Assembly (NCBI GenBank): GCA_964561935.1
Contig: CAZLQX010000002.1
Location: forward strand, 119,930-183,929
From: an uncultured Holophagales bacterium
GTDB lineage: Bacteria; Acidobacteriota; Thermoanaerobaculia; UBA5066
Length of the DNA: 64,000 bases
Reading direction: 5' to 3'
Part shown: piece after piece, positions 35,193 through 45,698 of the stretch
How the letters are laid out: each line of letters opens with the position of its first letter
Numbering within the stretch: position 1 is the first letter of the stretch
Translations under genes and position numbers: made by a program
The notes under the pieces: generated by a model
What the model saw: only the letters and a program-made list of their open reading frames with translations
What the model was told of the DNA's origin: nothing
Databases searched by the model: none

Positions 35193-35198
35193 ATTCTA
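35193..35198 (-). promoter_or_regulatory. Possible internal -10 box TAGAAT upstream of rpoN, overlapping the lptB stop
   Basis: Minus-strand TAGAAT 42 nt before rpoN GTG. Confidence 0.35.
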
Positions 35199-35933
35199 GT
35201 CCAGCCGGAACCGGTCGCCGAGGTAGACGCGCCGCACCTCGGGGTCCTCCGAGAGCGTGACGGGAGAGCCCGTCCGGAAGATCTTTCCGGCGTTGATGAT
35301 GTAGCCGCGGTCGACGATCGCCAGGGTGTCCCGGACGTTGTGGTCGGTGATCAGGATCCCGATCCCGGACGTCGCGAGGTCCCGGATGACGTGCTGCAGG
35401 TCGAGGACGGTGATCGGGTCGATCCCGGCGAACGGCTCGTCGAGGAGGAGAAAGCGGGGTGAAAGCGTGAGCGCCCTCGCGATCTCGAGGCGCCGTCGCT
35501 CGCCGCCCGAGAGGGTGTCGGCGACGGACCCGGCCAGGTGCGAGAGCTTGAAGCGGTCGAGGAGCTCGTGGGCCTTCTCGAGCCGCTCGTTCCTCGGAAG
35601 GGGGAGCGTCTCGAGGATCGCGACGAGGTTCTCGAGCGCCGTCATCTTCCGGAAGACGGACGCCTCCTGAGGGAGGTAGCCGACGCCGCGGCGAGCCCTC
35701 CGGAACATCGGGAGCTCGGTGATCTCCTCCGCGTCGAGGAGGACGTGCCCCTCGTCGGGCTCGACGAGGCCGACGACGATCGAGAAGGTCGTCGTCTTGC
35801 CGGCCCCGTTCGGGCCGAGGAGCCCGACGACCTCCCCTCCGTCCACGTGAAGGGAGACGCCGTCGACGACGGCGCGTCCCCCGTACAGCTTTCGGAGCCC
35901 CTCCGCGGCGAGCCGCGGCTGCGTCTGGTTCAC
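35196..35933 (-). CDS. lptB: LPS export ABC transporter ATPase
   Basis: [63 protein letters not shown]. Confidence 0.95.
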   Translation of the reverse strand: MNQTQPRLAAEGLRKLYGGRAVVDGVSLHVDGGEVVGLLGPNGAGKTTTFSIVVGLVEPDEGHVLLDAEEITELPMFRRARRGVGYLPQEASVFRKMTALENLVAILETLPLPRNERLEKAHELLDRFKLSHLAGSVADTLSGGERRRLEIARALTLSPRFLLLDEPFAGIDPITVLDLQHVIRDLATSGIGILITDHNVRDTLAIVDRGYIINAGKIFRTGSPVTLSEDPEVRRVYLGDRFRLD

Positions 35934-37936
35934 GTCCCCTCCGGCCGGAGGACTCCCTGGCTCGGGATCCCCGGTCCCGTCTCCACGTCGACCCGTCCGC
36001 TCCCCCTCTGGAAGGTGAGGAGCGCTCCGGTCATCCGGTTCCCCTTGCCGTCGAGCGCCGTCGCGGGTTTCCCCTCCAGGGTGATCACCTCGGTCTGCGG
36101 CTTCCAGGTCGCCTTCGCGCCCTCGCCGCGTCGCCCGTCCGCGCGGTCCTCGACGACGACGTTCCCGCGAGCCTCGGCGTGGTCCACCGTCCGCTCCGGG
36201 CCGAGGACGACGTCCGTCACGTCGGCCTTCATCACCCAGGTGCCGGAGACGACGCTCGATGAGCCCTCGATCCTCAGGAGCCGCGCCGCCTCCCGATGCG
36301 TCAGGACGGCGCCCGTCGCCGTGACCGTCTCAACGGTCGAGGCCTTCGACTTCGGGTCGACCCTTCGCCTCCGGAGGACCGCCCGGACTTGTCCCTCGGC
36401 GCGGAGCGAGCGATCCCTGTCGTCGAGGAGAAGCGAATTCGCGCGGACCACGTTCTCCTCCTGCCACGCCGTCACGTTTCCGGTGAGCAGGATGGTCCGT
36501 TCCGGCGGGACGACCCGCAGGAAGTCGGACTCCGAGAAGATCGGCGCCTCGGAGCCACCGCCGAGGACCTCGGATCCCTCGCGCCCGCGGAAGGTGGTCT
36601 TCACCGTTCCGACACCCTCGATCCGCTCGTCGCGCCGGAACCAGGTCAGGACGTTCGCGGAGACCCGGGAGCGATCGTCTTCGTAGCGGGCGGGCTCGAT
36701 CTCGGTCCCGGCGAAGACGACCGATTCCTCGGTCCCGCGGAGCGTGGCGCGGGGGGCCCGGACCGTCGTCGTCCCTTCCGAGAGGGAGACGCCTCCCTCG
36801 AGGACTGCCGCCTCGAGGGTCCGCCCGTCCGGACCGAACGTGAGCTGGCCGCTCCCCGCCGCGAGGAGCCTCGCGGCGGGAGCCCTCGTCGCGCCGGGCC
36901 GCGGCGTCGAGGCCGACTCGGCGAGCGTGAACGCGCCGGGGACCTGGATGCGGACGAGCCGGCTTTCGGCGAGCGTCGCCTCGAAGCCGTCGGCGATCGC
37001 CCGTCGTGCGCCCGTCCCCTCCTCGGGCGGAATGTCGAGGAAGGCCGGGCTCCCCGAGAGCGAGAGCCGCCCGGGCTCGCCCGCCGCGTTTCGCAGAAGG
37101 TCGAGGATCTCCCCCCGTGCGCCGACCGGGACTCCGATCTCCGCTCCGGGGGCCGGCAGGAGGAGCGCCTCGACGCGCCCCCGCGCCGCGAGACGGTCTC
37201 CGCCCCCGACGATCTCGCGTTCCAGCTCGTCCCCGCGGACGAGGAGCTCTTCGGTCGTCAGGACGACGGCCCCGCGAGCCACGAGACCTCCACCCCGCCG
37301 GAGATCCACCTCGCGCGCCGCGAGGGAGATGCGCCGCCCGCGAGAATCGACGCCGCCGACGCGCACGTCCTCCCGGAACCGGACGATGCCCGCGGTCGTC
37401 TCGACCGAGCCGCCCCTCGCCGAGGCGACGAGGCGCCCGGCCTCGGCCGCGACCGGGCCTTCGGAGACGAGGGTTCGCGAGCCGGGGTCGTAGCGGAAGG
37501 AGACTGACCGGACGCCGAGGCCGCTCCCTTCGACCCGGACGCCGTCGAAGACGCGGAACGCCTTCGTCGCGGGGACGAACTCCGCTCGGGGCGCCTCGAG
37601 GACCGCGGCCCGCCCGCTCCCCGCGTCCTGCGTCCGGAACGTGACGTCCTTCAGCCGGAAGGTCCGATCGGCGCCCTCCGCGAAGGCGATCGCCTCCGCC
37701 GCGCGCAGCCGGTAGACCTCGCGGTCCCCTTCGCTCTCCGAGTAGTCGAACTCCTCGAAGCGGAGGCGGTCGCGCACGCCTTCCGCCTCGCGGAGGAGCG
37801 TCGCGGCGATCTCCTCCCGGGCCTCCTCCGTCCTCGCGCCCGATGGCCGGTAAAGGACGGCGAGGAAGAGCGGGAACCCTCCGCAGGCGAGCACCGCGAG
37901 GGCGGTCCGCAGTGTCCGGCGCGTCCCGCCCGTCAC
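35930..37936 (-). CDS. Long LptC/LptA(OstA)-like beta-jellyroll LPS transport protein with N-terminal membrane anchor
   Basis: 3' part of ORF 35930..39538. TM helix [18 protein letters not shown], LptC-like [15 protein letters not shown]..., C-terminal OstA-like LTGNVTAWQ and [17 protein letters not shown]; directly upstream of lptB. Confidence 0.75.
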   Translation of the reverse strand: MTGGTRRTLRTALAVLACGGFPLFLAVLYRPSGARTEEAREEIAATLLREAEGVRDRLRFEEFDYSESEGDREVYRLRAAEAIAFAEGADRTFRLKDVTFRTQDAGSGRAAVLEAPRAEFVPATKAFRVFDGVRVEGSGLGVRSVSFRYDPGSRTLVSEGPVAAEAGRLVASARGGSVETTAGIVRFREDVRVGGVDSRGRRISLAAREVDLRRGGGLVARGAVVLTTEELLVRGDELEREIVGGGDRLAARGRVEALLLPAPGAEIGVPVGARGEILDLLRNAAGEPGRLSLSGSPAFLDIPPEEGTGARRAIADGFEATLAESRLVRIQVPGAFTLAESASTPRPGATRAPAARLLAAGSGQLTFGPDGRTLEAAVLEGGVSLSEGTTTVRAPRATLRGTEESVVFAGTEIEPARYEDDRSRVSANVLTWFRRDERIEGVGTVKTTFRGREGSEVLGGGSEAPIFSESDFLRVVPPERTILLTGNVTAWQEENVVRANSLLLDDRDRSLRAEGQVRAVLRRRRVDPKSKASTVETVTATGAVLTHREAARLLRIEGSSSVVSGTWVMKADVTDVVLGPERTVDHAEARGNVVVEDRADGRRGEGAKATWKPQTEVITLEGKPATALDGKGNRMTGALLTFQRGSGRVDVETGPGIPSQGVLRPEGT

Positions 37937-39693
37937 GCCGCGTCCCTCCGGACGGCGTCGAGGACCGTCAGGACCGGGCGGCCGATCCAGGCGTCGTGGG
38001 CGAGGTTCGCGAAGACGTCCCATCGTCCCCGCCGCTCCGCCGAGGGAATCCTCGCGAGCGACCAGCCGACGGCGTCGAGTCGAGCCCCGTCGCCCTCGAA
38101 GGCGAGCCGGAGCCCGCGCTCGCCGACGGGCCGGGCGCGGCCGTCCCACTCGAGGGCGCGCAGCAGGAAGAGTGGCCGCGGGTTCCCCTGACCGTGGGGC
38201 TCGAGCCTCCCGAGCGCGGCGACGAGCTGCGGGGTCACCTCGGACGGCGACAACTCTGCATCCGCCTCGAAGACGACGCTCCACTCCGACTCGTCGCGCG
38301 CGGAGGAGAAGGCCGTCCGGGCGTCCTCCCGAAACGCCTCGTATCCCTCCTGGGGCACCGAGAGGCCGATCGCGGCGCGGTGTCCCCCGAACTCCGCGCC
38401 GTGCCGGCGCGCGACGGGCGCGATCCTCTCGTGGAGCGGCGTCCGACCCCAGGTCCGGCCGCTCCCGCCGACGCGGCCACCCTCGCGCGCGAGGAGAAGG
38501 ACGGGCCGGCAGACCTCCTGCGCGACCTTCGCGGCGGCGATGCCGAGGACGCCGCGATGCCAGCCTTCCGCCGGGTCCCCTGCCTCGACGACGAGGGAGT
38601 CCGCCGCGGGGTCGAACGTCCTCTCGAGCCTCGAGAGAGCCGCGGCGACGACGCGTTCCTGCATTCGCCGGCGCTCCGTGTTCGTCGCCTCGATCTCGTC
38701 GGCCAGGACGTTCGCCCGATCGACGTCGCCGGTCGTCAGGAGCTCGAGGGCGCGCTGGGCATGGTCGACGCGGCCCGCGGCGTTCAGCCGGGGGGCGATC
38801 CGGAAGGCGACGTCGTGGACGGAAGGGCTCTTCCCCGCCCGGACCGAGGCGCGCGCGAGGAGCGCGGCGAGACCCGGTGAGCGCGGCCCGGCCAAGCCCG
38901 AGAGGCCCCATGCCGCGAGAACCCGGTTCTCGCCGGTGAGAGGGACCATGTCGGCGATCGTCGAGAGTGCCGCGACCTTCGCGAGCGAGGCCATCCAGCT
39001 CTGGACGAGGTCGGTCCCGAGGCCGGCCCTCTCTCTCTCCGCCTCGAGGAGGGCCTGCGAGAGCTTCCACGCGAGTCCGGCGCCGGCAAGCTCCTTGAAG
39101 GGGTAGGGACAGCCGGGGAGCTTCGGGTTCAGGAGGACCGCCCCTTCGGGCAGCTCCTCCGACGGGAGATGGTGATCCGTGACGACGACGAAGACGCCGC
39201 GCGCAACCGCCTCCCGGATCGGCGCGACGGCGGTGATCCCGCAGTCGACCGTGACGACCCCCTCCGGGGCGTGCTCGTCGAGTGCCCGCCGGAGCGTCTC
39301 CGACCGGAGACCGTAGCCGTCTCGGAGACGATGGGGGATGAACGGTACGGCGTCCGCGCCGAGCCGCTTCAGGGTGGTCGTGAGGATCGCGAGGGCGCCG
39401 ATTCCGTCGCAGTCGTAGTCGCCGAAGACGACGACCCGGCCGCCGCGTCTCGCGGCGGCGGCGAGGAGCGCGACCGCCTCCCTCATCCCGCCCATGCCGA
39501 GCGGGTCGTGGAGCGCCGCGGGTCCCGGCTCGAGCCACATCCGCGCCTCGTCGGGCGTGAGTACGCCGCGAGCGGCGAGGACGCGCGCGAGCGGCGCCGG
39601 GATGGCGAGCTCCCGCGCGAGGCGCGTCGCGGCCTTCGCGTCGTGAGGCCGGACGGAGCGCGCGGCGGTCGGAAGCGGGAAGACCGGGCTCAC
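37933..39693 (-). CDS. recJ: Single-stranded-DNA-specific exonuclease RecJ
   Basis: VFGDYDCDG, IPHRLRDGYGL, VTVDCG, VTDHH, YPFKELAGAG, IADMVPLTGENR, IAPRLNAAGR, WHRGVLGI, FGGHRAAIG, EPHGQGNPRP. Confidence 0.93.
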   Translation of the reverse strand: MSPVFPLPTAARSVRPHDAKAATRLARELAIPAPLARVLAARGVLTPDEARMWLEPGPAALHDPLGMGGMREAVALLAAAARRGGRVVVFGDYDCDGIGALAILTTTLKRLGADAVPFIPHRLRDGYGLRSETLRRALDEHAPEGVVTVDCGITAVAPIREAVARGVFVVVTDHHLPSEELPEGAVLLNPKLPGCPYPFKELAGAGLAWKLSQALLEAERERAGLGTDLVQSWMASLAKVAALSTIADMVPLTGENRVLAAWGLSGLAGPRSPGLAALLARASVRAGKSPSVHDVAFRIAPRLNAAGRVDHAQRALELLTTGDVDRANVLADEIEATNTERRRMQERVVAAALSRLERTFDPAADSLVVEAGDPAEGWHRGVLGIAAAKVAQEVCRPVLLLAREGGRVGGSGRTWGRTPLHERIAPVARRHGAEFGGHRAAIGLSVPQEGYEAFREDARTAFSSARDESEWSVVFEADAELSPSEVTPQLVAALGRLEPHGQGNPRPLFLLRALEWDGRARPVGERGLRLAFEGDGARLDAVGWSLARIPSAERRGRWDVFANLAHDAWIGRPVLTVLDAVRRDAA

Positions 39694-40652
39694 CGGACGC
39701 CCGCGGCTCCCTCCCAGGCCCCGATTCGGCGGAATTTCGCGTAGCGGGCCTCGAGGAGCGCGTCGACCGGGAGCGCGGCGAGCCGGTCGAGGTGGCGCAC
39801 GACGGCCTGCCCCACGGCGTCGATCGTCGCCACGGGATCGGAGTGGGCGCCCCCGGGAGGCTCCGGGACGACCTCGTCGGCGACGCCGAGCGCCTTGCAG
39901 TCGGCGGCCGTCATCCTCATCGCCTCGGCCGCCTCGCGGGCCCGGGCCTGGTCCTTCCACAGGATCGCGGCGCACCCCTCGGGCGAGATGACCGAGTAGA
40001 CGGAATGCTCGAGCATCAGGAGGACGTCGGTCACGCCGATTCCGAGCGCCCCTCCGGAGCCCCCCTCGCCCGTCACCGTCGAGACGACCGGCACGCGGAG
40101 ACGCGACATCTCGAGGAGGTTCGTCGCGATCGCCTCGGAGACCCCCCGCTCCTCGCTGTCCATTCCGGGGTAGGCACCGGGGGTGTCGATGAACGTCAGG
40201 ACGGGGCGCCCGAACTTCTCGGCGAGCTTCATGACGCGCAGGGCCTTGCGGTAGCCCTCCGGCCTCGGCATCCCGAAGTTGCGCCGGATCTTCTCCTTCG
40301 TATCGCGCCCCTTCTGGTGGCCGACGACGGCCACGGCCCTCTGGCCTAGGAACCCGAAGCCGGCCACGATCGCCGGGTCGTCCGCGTAGGCCCGGTCGCC
40401 GTGCAGCTCGACGAAGTCGCGAAGGAGCAGCCGCACGTAGTCGAGCGTGAACGGGCGGGACGGGTGGCGCGCGACGAGGGTCTTCTGCCAGGGAGTGAGG
40501 TTCGCGTAAATCTCCCCCGAGAGCTTCACGAGCCGCTCCGAGAGCTTCCTCACGGCCTTCTCGCGGGCCGGGCTCGCGGGGTTCGCCCGGAGCCCGTCGA
40601 TGCGCGTCCGGAGCCGCTCCAGCGGCTCCTCGAATCGGTTGTCGGCGCTCAC
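39690..40652 (-). CDS. accA: Acetyl-CoA carboxylase carboxyltransferase alpha subunit
   Basis: LTPWQKTLVARHPSRP, ELHGDRAYADD, GHQKGRDTKE..RNFGMPRPEGYRKA, IDTPGAYPG, GEGGSGGALG, YSVISPEGCAAILW. Confidence 0.97.
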   Translation of the reverse strand: MSADNRFEEPLERLRTRIDGLRANPASPAREKAVRKLSERLVKLSGEIYANLTPWQKTLVARHPSRPFTLDYVRLLLRDFVELHGDRAYADDPAIVAGFGFLGQRAVAVVGHQKGRDTKEKIRRNFGMPRPEGYRKALRVMKLAEKFGRPVLTFIDTPGAYPGMDSEERGVSEAIATNLLEMSRLRVPVVSTVTGEGGSGGALGIGVTDVLLMLEHSVYSVISPEGCAAILWKDQARAREAAEAMRMTAADCKALGVADEVVPEPPGGAHSDPVATIDAVGQAVVRHLDRLAALPVDALLEARYAKFRRIGAWEGAAGVR

Positions 40653-40686
40653 TCCCGGAATGTACCAGACCGCGCCGCTTCGGCCG

Positions 40687-43098
40687 TCACAGGAGGCTCT
40701 GGGGGTCCCTGTCGAGGCGCGGCGGATCGGGCAGCGTCCGGAGGCGCTCCCCCGCCTCGGCGAGCGCCTCGCGCGAGTCGGACCTCGCGAGCAGCTGGAC
40801 GCGATAGAGCCCCTTCAGCCGTTCGAGCGGGGCGGGCGCCGGACCGAGCAGGCGGACGCGGGGAACGGAAGCGACCCTGGCGCGACCGGCGCGTGCCGCC
40901 GCCTCGGCCTCGCCGAGCTCCTTCGACGCCCAGGTCGCGAGGAGGAGGTGCGAGAACGGTGGGTAGCCGAAGGTCCGGCGGAACCGGAGCTCGCCCTCTG
41001 CGAACCGGCCGTGGTCCTGGGCGACGGCGGCGGCGATCGCCTCGTGCTCGGGTCGCGCCGTCTGGACGGCGACGACTCCGGGCCGCTCGCCCCGGCCGAC
41101 CCGCCCGGCTGCCTGCGTCACGAGCTGGAACGTTTTCTCCGCCGAGCGGAAGTCGGGGAAGGAGAGGAGCGCGTCGGCGTCGAGGACGGCGAGGACCGTC
41201 GCGTTCGGGAAGTCGTGACCCTTGGCGACCATCTGCGTCCCGAGGAGAGCGCGCGCCTCTCCCGACTCGAAGTCCGAGAGGACGCGCGCCGCTCCCCCGC
41301 GCCGCGCCGCGGCGTCCCGGTCGAGGACGGCGTAGGCGACTTTCGGGAAAAGCTCCTCGAAGCGTTCCGCGAGCCTCTCCGTCCCGAACCCGACGGGCAT
41401 CAGGACCTCCGACCCGCAGGCCGGGCATCTCCTCGGCCGCGGGACGAAGTCCCCGCAGTAGTGGCAGAGGAGACGCTCGCCCCGCCGGTGGTACGTCCGC
41501 GCGACCGAGCACGATCCGCAGCGGAAGTCGTGTCCGCAGGCGCGGCAGAGGAGCGACGGAGAGAAGCCGCGGCGGTTCAGGAGGACGATCGCCTGCTCGT
41601 CCTTCCCGAAGGCCTCGCGGAGGAGATCGACCGTTCGGGACGCGAAGAGGACCCGCCCGTGGTCGCCCGGGCGGGACGGCTCTCCACGCAGGTCGACGAC
41701 CTCGACCCGAGCGCGCCCCCGGGCCCCGGGGCGTCCCGGGAGGACGAGGCGCACGAGGCGCCCGTCCCGCGCTTCCTGCTCCTGCTCCATCGAGGGCGTC
41801 GCCGTCCCGAGGAGGAGGACCGCGCCCTCCCCGTGGGCCCGTACCCGCGCGACCGTCCGTGCGTCGTAGCGCGGGGCCTCGGCCTGCTTGTACGAGCCGT
41901 CGTGGGCCTCGTCGACGACGACGAGGCCGAGCCGCGGCAGCGGCGCGAAGACCGCGGAGCGCGGCCCGACGACCGCGTCGACCTCGCCCCGCCGGGCCCG
42001 CTCCCACGCCGCCGAGCGCTCCCCGTCGGAGAGCCCGCTGTGGAGGAGCGAGACCCTCTCGCCGAACCGCGCGACGACCCGGCGGATGAGCGCCGGGGCG
42101 AGCGCGATCTCCGGGACGAGCAGGATCCCCTGCCGGCCCCCCGCGCTCGCTCGCTCCAGCGCCGCGAGGTAGACCTCCGTCTTCCCGCTCCCCGTCACGC
42201 CGTCGAGGAGGAACCGCGCCTCTCCCCCGCGTGCGAGCGCCTCCGCGACGGCCTCGACGGCGAGCCGTTGGGCCTCGGTCGGGACGATCGGCGCCGCGGC
42301 CCGCGGCGGGAGGGCGTGGCGGGAAGCGTCCGCAGGCCGCTCCTCCTCGACCGCGGCGACGAGCCCGGACTTCTCGAGCGACGCGAGGACCGACGACGTC
42401 GCGCCCGACGCGCGCAGCTCGGCGGGCGAGGCGGGCCTACCGATCGCGGCGAGCGTCGCGAGCGCGGCCCGCTGCTTCGGCCGGCGCGCGAGGCGGGGGT
42501 CGTCCGGCGAGCCGCGCGCGACCCAGCTCCGCGTCCGGGGCGGGCGGGAGGCCCGGATCTCCTCCGACGGTATCCGGACGAGCCCCTCGTCGAGGAGCTT
42601 TCGGAGCGCCCTCGAGAGGCCGCGGCTTCCGAGGCGCCCGACGAGGTCGAGCGCCGTGGCGCGGCCGGAGGAGAGGAGCTCGGACAGGACCGCCGCCGCG
42701 AGGCCGTCGCCGACCCTCGCCCCTACGGCACGCGACGTCGGCGCGTAGGAGGCCTGTCCGATCTCCAGGAGCCGTCCGGGAACCGCGGCCCGCAGGAGCT
42801 CACCTGGCGGGGCGAAGTAGTAGGAGGCCGCCCGGAGGAGGAGGTCTATGAACTCGGGCTCGAGGAAGGGCCGCTCGTCGAGGAGGGCCAGGAGCTCCCT
42901 TTCCGTCCTCCCCTCCGGCGGCGGAGGAGGGTCGAGGGACGCGACGATCCCGGTCAGGAGCTTCGGGCCGAACGGGACCGCGACTCTCGTCCCGACGGCG
43001 GGCGACGACGTCTCCGAGGGAACCCGGTACGTCGCGAGCGAGGGGAGCCCGGACGGGACGAGGACCCCGACCCGCCGGACCGGATCGTCCGGGGTCAT
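40687..43098 (-). CDS. priA: Primosomal protein N' (replication restart helicase)
   Basis: LLDGVTGSGKTEVYL, LVPEIAL, VVVDEAHDGSYKQ, LLNRRGFS, two CxxC..CxxC Zn motifs, GFGTER, GTQMVAKGHDFP, QAAGRVGR, YPPF. Confidence 0.95.
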   Translation of the reverse strand: MTPDDPVRRVGVLVPSGLPSLATYRVPSETSSPAVGTRVAVPFGPKLLTGIVASLDPPPPPEGRTERELLALLDERPFLEPEFIDLLLRAASYYFAPPGELLRAAVPGRLLEIGQASYAPTSRAVGARVGDGLAAAVLSELLSSGRATALDLVGRLGSRGLSRALRKLLDEGLVRIPSEEIRASRPPRTRSWVARGSPDDPRLARRPKQRAALATLAAIGRPASPAELRASGATSSVLASLEKSGLVAAVEEERPADASRHALPPRAAAPIVPTEAQRLAVEAVAEALARGGEARFLLDGVTGSGKTEVYLAALERASAGGRQGILLVPEIALAPALIRRVVARFGERVSLLHSGLSDGERSAAWERARRGEVDAVVGPRSAVFAPLPRLGLVVVDEAHDGSYKQAEAPRYDARTVARVRAHGEGAVLLLGTATPSMEQEQEARDGRLVRLVLPGRPGARGRARVEVVDLRGEPSRPGDHGRVLFASRTVDLLREAFGKDEQAIVLLNRRGFSPSLLCRACGHDFRCGSCSVARTYHRRGERLLCHYCGDFVPRPRRCPACGSEVLMPVGFGTERLAERFEELFPKVAYAVLDRDAAARRGGAARVLSDFESGEARALLGTQMVAKGHDFPNATVLAVLDADALLSFPDFRSAEKTFQLVTQAAGRVGRGERPGVVAVQTARPEHEAIAAAVAQDHGRFAEGELRFRRTFGYPPFSHLLLATWASKELGEAEAAARAGRARVASVPRVRLLGPAPAPLERLKGLYRVQLLARSDSREALAEAGERLRTLPDPPRLDRDPQSLL

Positions 43099-43102
43099 CG
43101 CC

Positions 43103-43717
43103 TCAGGCCTTCGTCCCGAGACGCTCGTCCGGCTCCGGCCAGTCCCCGCCCCCTTCCTCGTCCCCGGCATCGACGTCGACGAACCGGCCCGCCAGAGGCT
43201 CCCAGCGGAAACGGCGAGAGACGTCCTGCTCGACGTCCTCGCTGACGACGAGGACGCTGCGGTCGACGCTCAGGTCCCCCGCCGAGAGCGCGAGGCCGCG
43301 CGCGACCCAGACGGCATCCGTGAATCCTCCCGGGGTCCCGAAAAAGGCCGCGACGTCGAAAAGCGGCTCCGGTCCGTCCCGCCGGACGAACGCCTGCGCG
43401 AAGTCGAGCCGGCCGTCGCCGTTCAGGTCGCCGCGGACGAAATAGGGGCTGTAGTCGCCGTAGAGCGTCCGGAGCTCGTCGCGGACGTCCGACCCGACCG
43501 CGTCGTTCCCGTTCGCCGGCCGCAGTCCGTCCGCGGCGGCGCCGGCGATCGCTGTCTCCTCGGCGGGCGTCCGATCCGCACGCGCCGCCGCGGTCTCGCG
43601 CGTCGCACCCCCGCTTTCGCTCGGCGGCGGCGTGGCGGGCCGCCGGATCGCGAGGACGACGGCCGCGGCTGCGAACGAGAGGACGAGGAGCCGGCCCGCC
43701 CAGCGTCCTCGGCTCAC
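43103..43717 (-). CDS. Hypothetical membrane-anchored/secreted protein with one DxNxDG (FG-GAP-like) motif
   Basis: TM/signal RLLVLSFAAAAVVLAI; RGDLNGDGRLDFA; GTGA overlap with udg. Confidence 0.65.
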   Translation of the reverse strand: MSRGRWAGRLLVLSFAAAAVVLAIRRPATPPPSESGGATRETAAARADRTPAEETAIAGAAADGLRPANGNDAVGSDVRDELRTLYGDYSPYFVRGDLNGDGRLDFAQAFVRRDGPEPLFDVAAFFGTPGGFTDAVWVARGLALSAGDLSVDRSVLVVSEDVEQDVSRRFRWEPLAGRFVDVDAGDEEGGGDWPEPDERLGTKA

Positions 43718-44478
43718 GGGACGCTTCCTTTCTTCCCGGGCACGGGGAGACCGAGCCTCCGGAGGACCTGCTGGAGGTCCTCCCAGGCCTCCTTCTTCCT
43801 TTCCGGCTGGCGAAGCAGGAAAGAAGGGTGGTACGTCGGCAGGACCGGGATGCCGTTCCGGCTCCCCCACTTCCCGCGGAGGCGTGTGATCGGCTCCTCC
43901 GTCTCGAGAAGGAAGTGGGCCGCGAACTTCCCGAGCGCCACGAGGACGACCGGCTGGACGAGCTCGATCTGCGCCTCGAGAAAGCGCCGGCAGGCCGCGA
44001 TCTCCGGCGGCTCGGGGTTCCGGTTTCCGGGCGGCCGGCACTTCAGGACGTTCGCGACGTAGACGTCCTTCCTCTCGATCCCCATCGCCTCGATCATTTT
44101 CGTCAGGAGCTGCCCCGCCCGGCCGACGAACGGGACGCCCGTGGCGTCCTCGTCCGCGCCCGGCGCCTCCCCGATGAACATGATCCGGCTCCGGCCCGTC
44201 CCGTCGGAGAATACGGTCTGGGTTCGCGTCCGGCAGAGGCCGCACGCCTCGCAGGAGGCGACGGCCTCGCGAACCGACGCAAGGTCCCCGAACGAAGGCG
44301 TCCCGGCGAGCGTCTCCGTCCCCGGGCTTCCCGCGGGCGGCGAGCCGTCGGCCCCGTGCCGGGATCGGCCGGCCGCGACGGCGGTCGCCCGCAGGTGCAG
44401 CTCCCGGACCCCGAGATCCCGGAAGTAGCCGAGCGCGGCGCTCAGGGGGTCGTCGCGGCGGGGGCGTCGTGCGGGCAT
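43714..44478 (-). CDS. Uracil-DNA glycosylase family 4 (Fe-S)
   Basis: CEACGLCRTR, FIGEAPGADED..GVPFVGRAGQLL, ANVLKCRPPGNRNP, CRRFL, PTYHPSFLLR. Confidence 0.93.
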   Translation of the reverse strand: MPARRPRRDDPLSAALGYFRDLGVRELHLRATAVAAGRSRHGADGSPPAGSPGTETLAGTPSFGDLASVREAVASCEACGLCRTRTQTVFSDGTGRSRIMFIGEAPGADEDATGVPFVGRAGQLLTKMIEAMGIERKDVYVANVLKCRPPGNRNPEPPEIAACRRFLEAQIELVQPVVLVALGKFAAHFLLETEEPITRLRGKWGSRNGIPVLPTYHPSFLLRQPERKKEAWEDLQQVLRRLGLPVPGKKGSVP

Positions 44479-45689
44479 CGCTCGTCGAGGAGCGCCGCGA
44501 GGCGCTCGAGGATGGTGGCGGCGACGACGGCCTTCGCCGCGCGGGGGACGGCGGTCGGCTCGGCCTCGCCGGCCGAGAGGAGGAGGACCTCGTTCTCCTC
44601 CGAGTCGAAGCCGACGCCCGGGCGGGAGACGTCGTTCGCGACGAGGAGGTCGGCCCCCTTGTCGAGGAGCTTCCGGCGGGCGTTTCCGGCGAGGTCGTCC
44701 GTCTCCGCGGCGAAGGCGACGACGACCTGACGGGACGTCCTGACGTCGCGGACTGCCGCGAGGATGTCGGGAGCGAGCGCGAGCCGGATCTCGGGGATGC
44801 CGCCGGCTCTCTTGATCTTCCTCGGCGTGAACGCCTCGGCCTGGAAGTCGGCCGGCGCGGCGGCCATCACGAGGGCGTCGGAAGCGGGAAGCTCGGCGAG
44901 CACCGCCTCGAGCATCTCGGCCGTCCGATCGACCTTCACGAGCCGGACGTTCGGCGGCGGGTCGATCGCGACGGGACCGCTCAAGAGGACGACTTCGGCC
45001 CCGCGCTTCTCGGCCTCGCGGGCCAGGGCGTAGCCCATCCTCCCGGAGCTCCGGTTCGTCAGGAAACGGACGGGGTCGATCGGCTCGCGGGTCGGGCCCG
45101 CCGTCACGACGACCCGGCGCCCCTGGAGGCTCCTCGAGACGCGAGCCGCGCCGAGGACGGCCTCGACGATCCGTGAGGGCGGGGCCATCCGGCCCGGCCC
45201 GACGTCTCCGCATGCGAGGTCGCCCGACTCGGGATCGACCACGACGGCGCCGCGCCCGCGCAGGATCCGGAGGTTCTCCTGCGTCGCCGGGTGGGCCCAC
45301 ATCCAGGTGTTCATCGCGGGGCCGACGACGATCGCGCGTCGGTGAGCGAGCGCGTAGGTCGAGAGCGCCTCGTCGCCGATCCCTCGCGCCAGCTTCGCGA
45401 GGACGTCGGCCGTCGCCGGCGCGACGGCAAGGACCTCTCCCCAGCGGGCGAGCTCGATGTGGTCGACCGCTCCGGAGGCGGGGTCCCAGAGATCTGCGAC
45501 GACCGGGGATTTCGAGAGGACGGAGAGCGTGAGCGGCGTGATGAACCGCTGCGCCGCGGGCGTCATGAGGACCCTCACGGTCGCGCCCGCGTCGACGAGA
45601 AGGCGGACGATCTCGGCGGCCTTGTAGGCCGCAATGCCGCCGCTGACGCCGAGGAGGACGCGCGGGGCCGGGGAGACGCCTCCGCTCAC
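44442..45689 (-). CDS. coaBC: Bifunctional phosphopantothenoylcysteine decarboxylase/synthetase
   Basis: GVSGGIAAYKAAE, FITPLTL, HIELARW, PAMNTWMW, LACGDVGPGRM, TAGPTREPIDPVRFLTNRSSGRMG, AAPADF, FAAET, LLVANDV. Confidence 0.96.
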   Translation of the reverse strand: MSGGVSPAPRVLLGVSGGIAAYKAAEIVRLLVDAGATVRVLMTPAAQRFITPLTLSVLSKSPVVADLWDPASGAVDHIELARWGEVLAVAPATADVLAKLARGIGDEALSTYALAHRRAIVVGPAMNTWMWAHPATQENLRILRGRGAVVVDPESGDLACGDVGPGRMAPPSRIVEAVLGAARVSRSLQGRRVVVTAGPTREPIDPVRFLTNRSSGRMGYALAREAEKRGAEVVLLSGPVAIDPPPNVRLVKVDRTAEMLEAVLAELPASDALVMAAAPADFQAEAFTPRKIKRAGGIPEIRLALAPDILAAVRDVRTSRQVVVAFAAETDDLAGNARRKLLDKGADLLVANDVSRPGVGFDSEENEVLLLSAGEAEPTAVPRAAKAVVAATILERLAALLDERCPHDAPAATTP

Positions 45690-45698
45690 GCCGGGACG

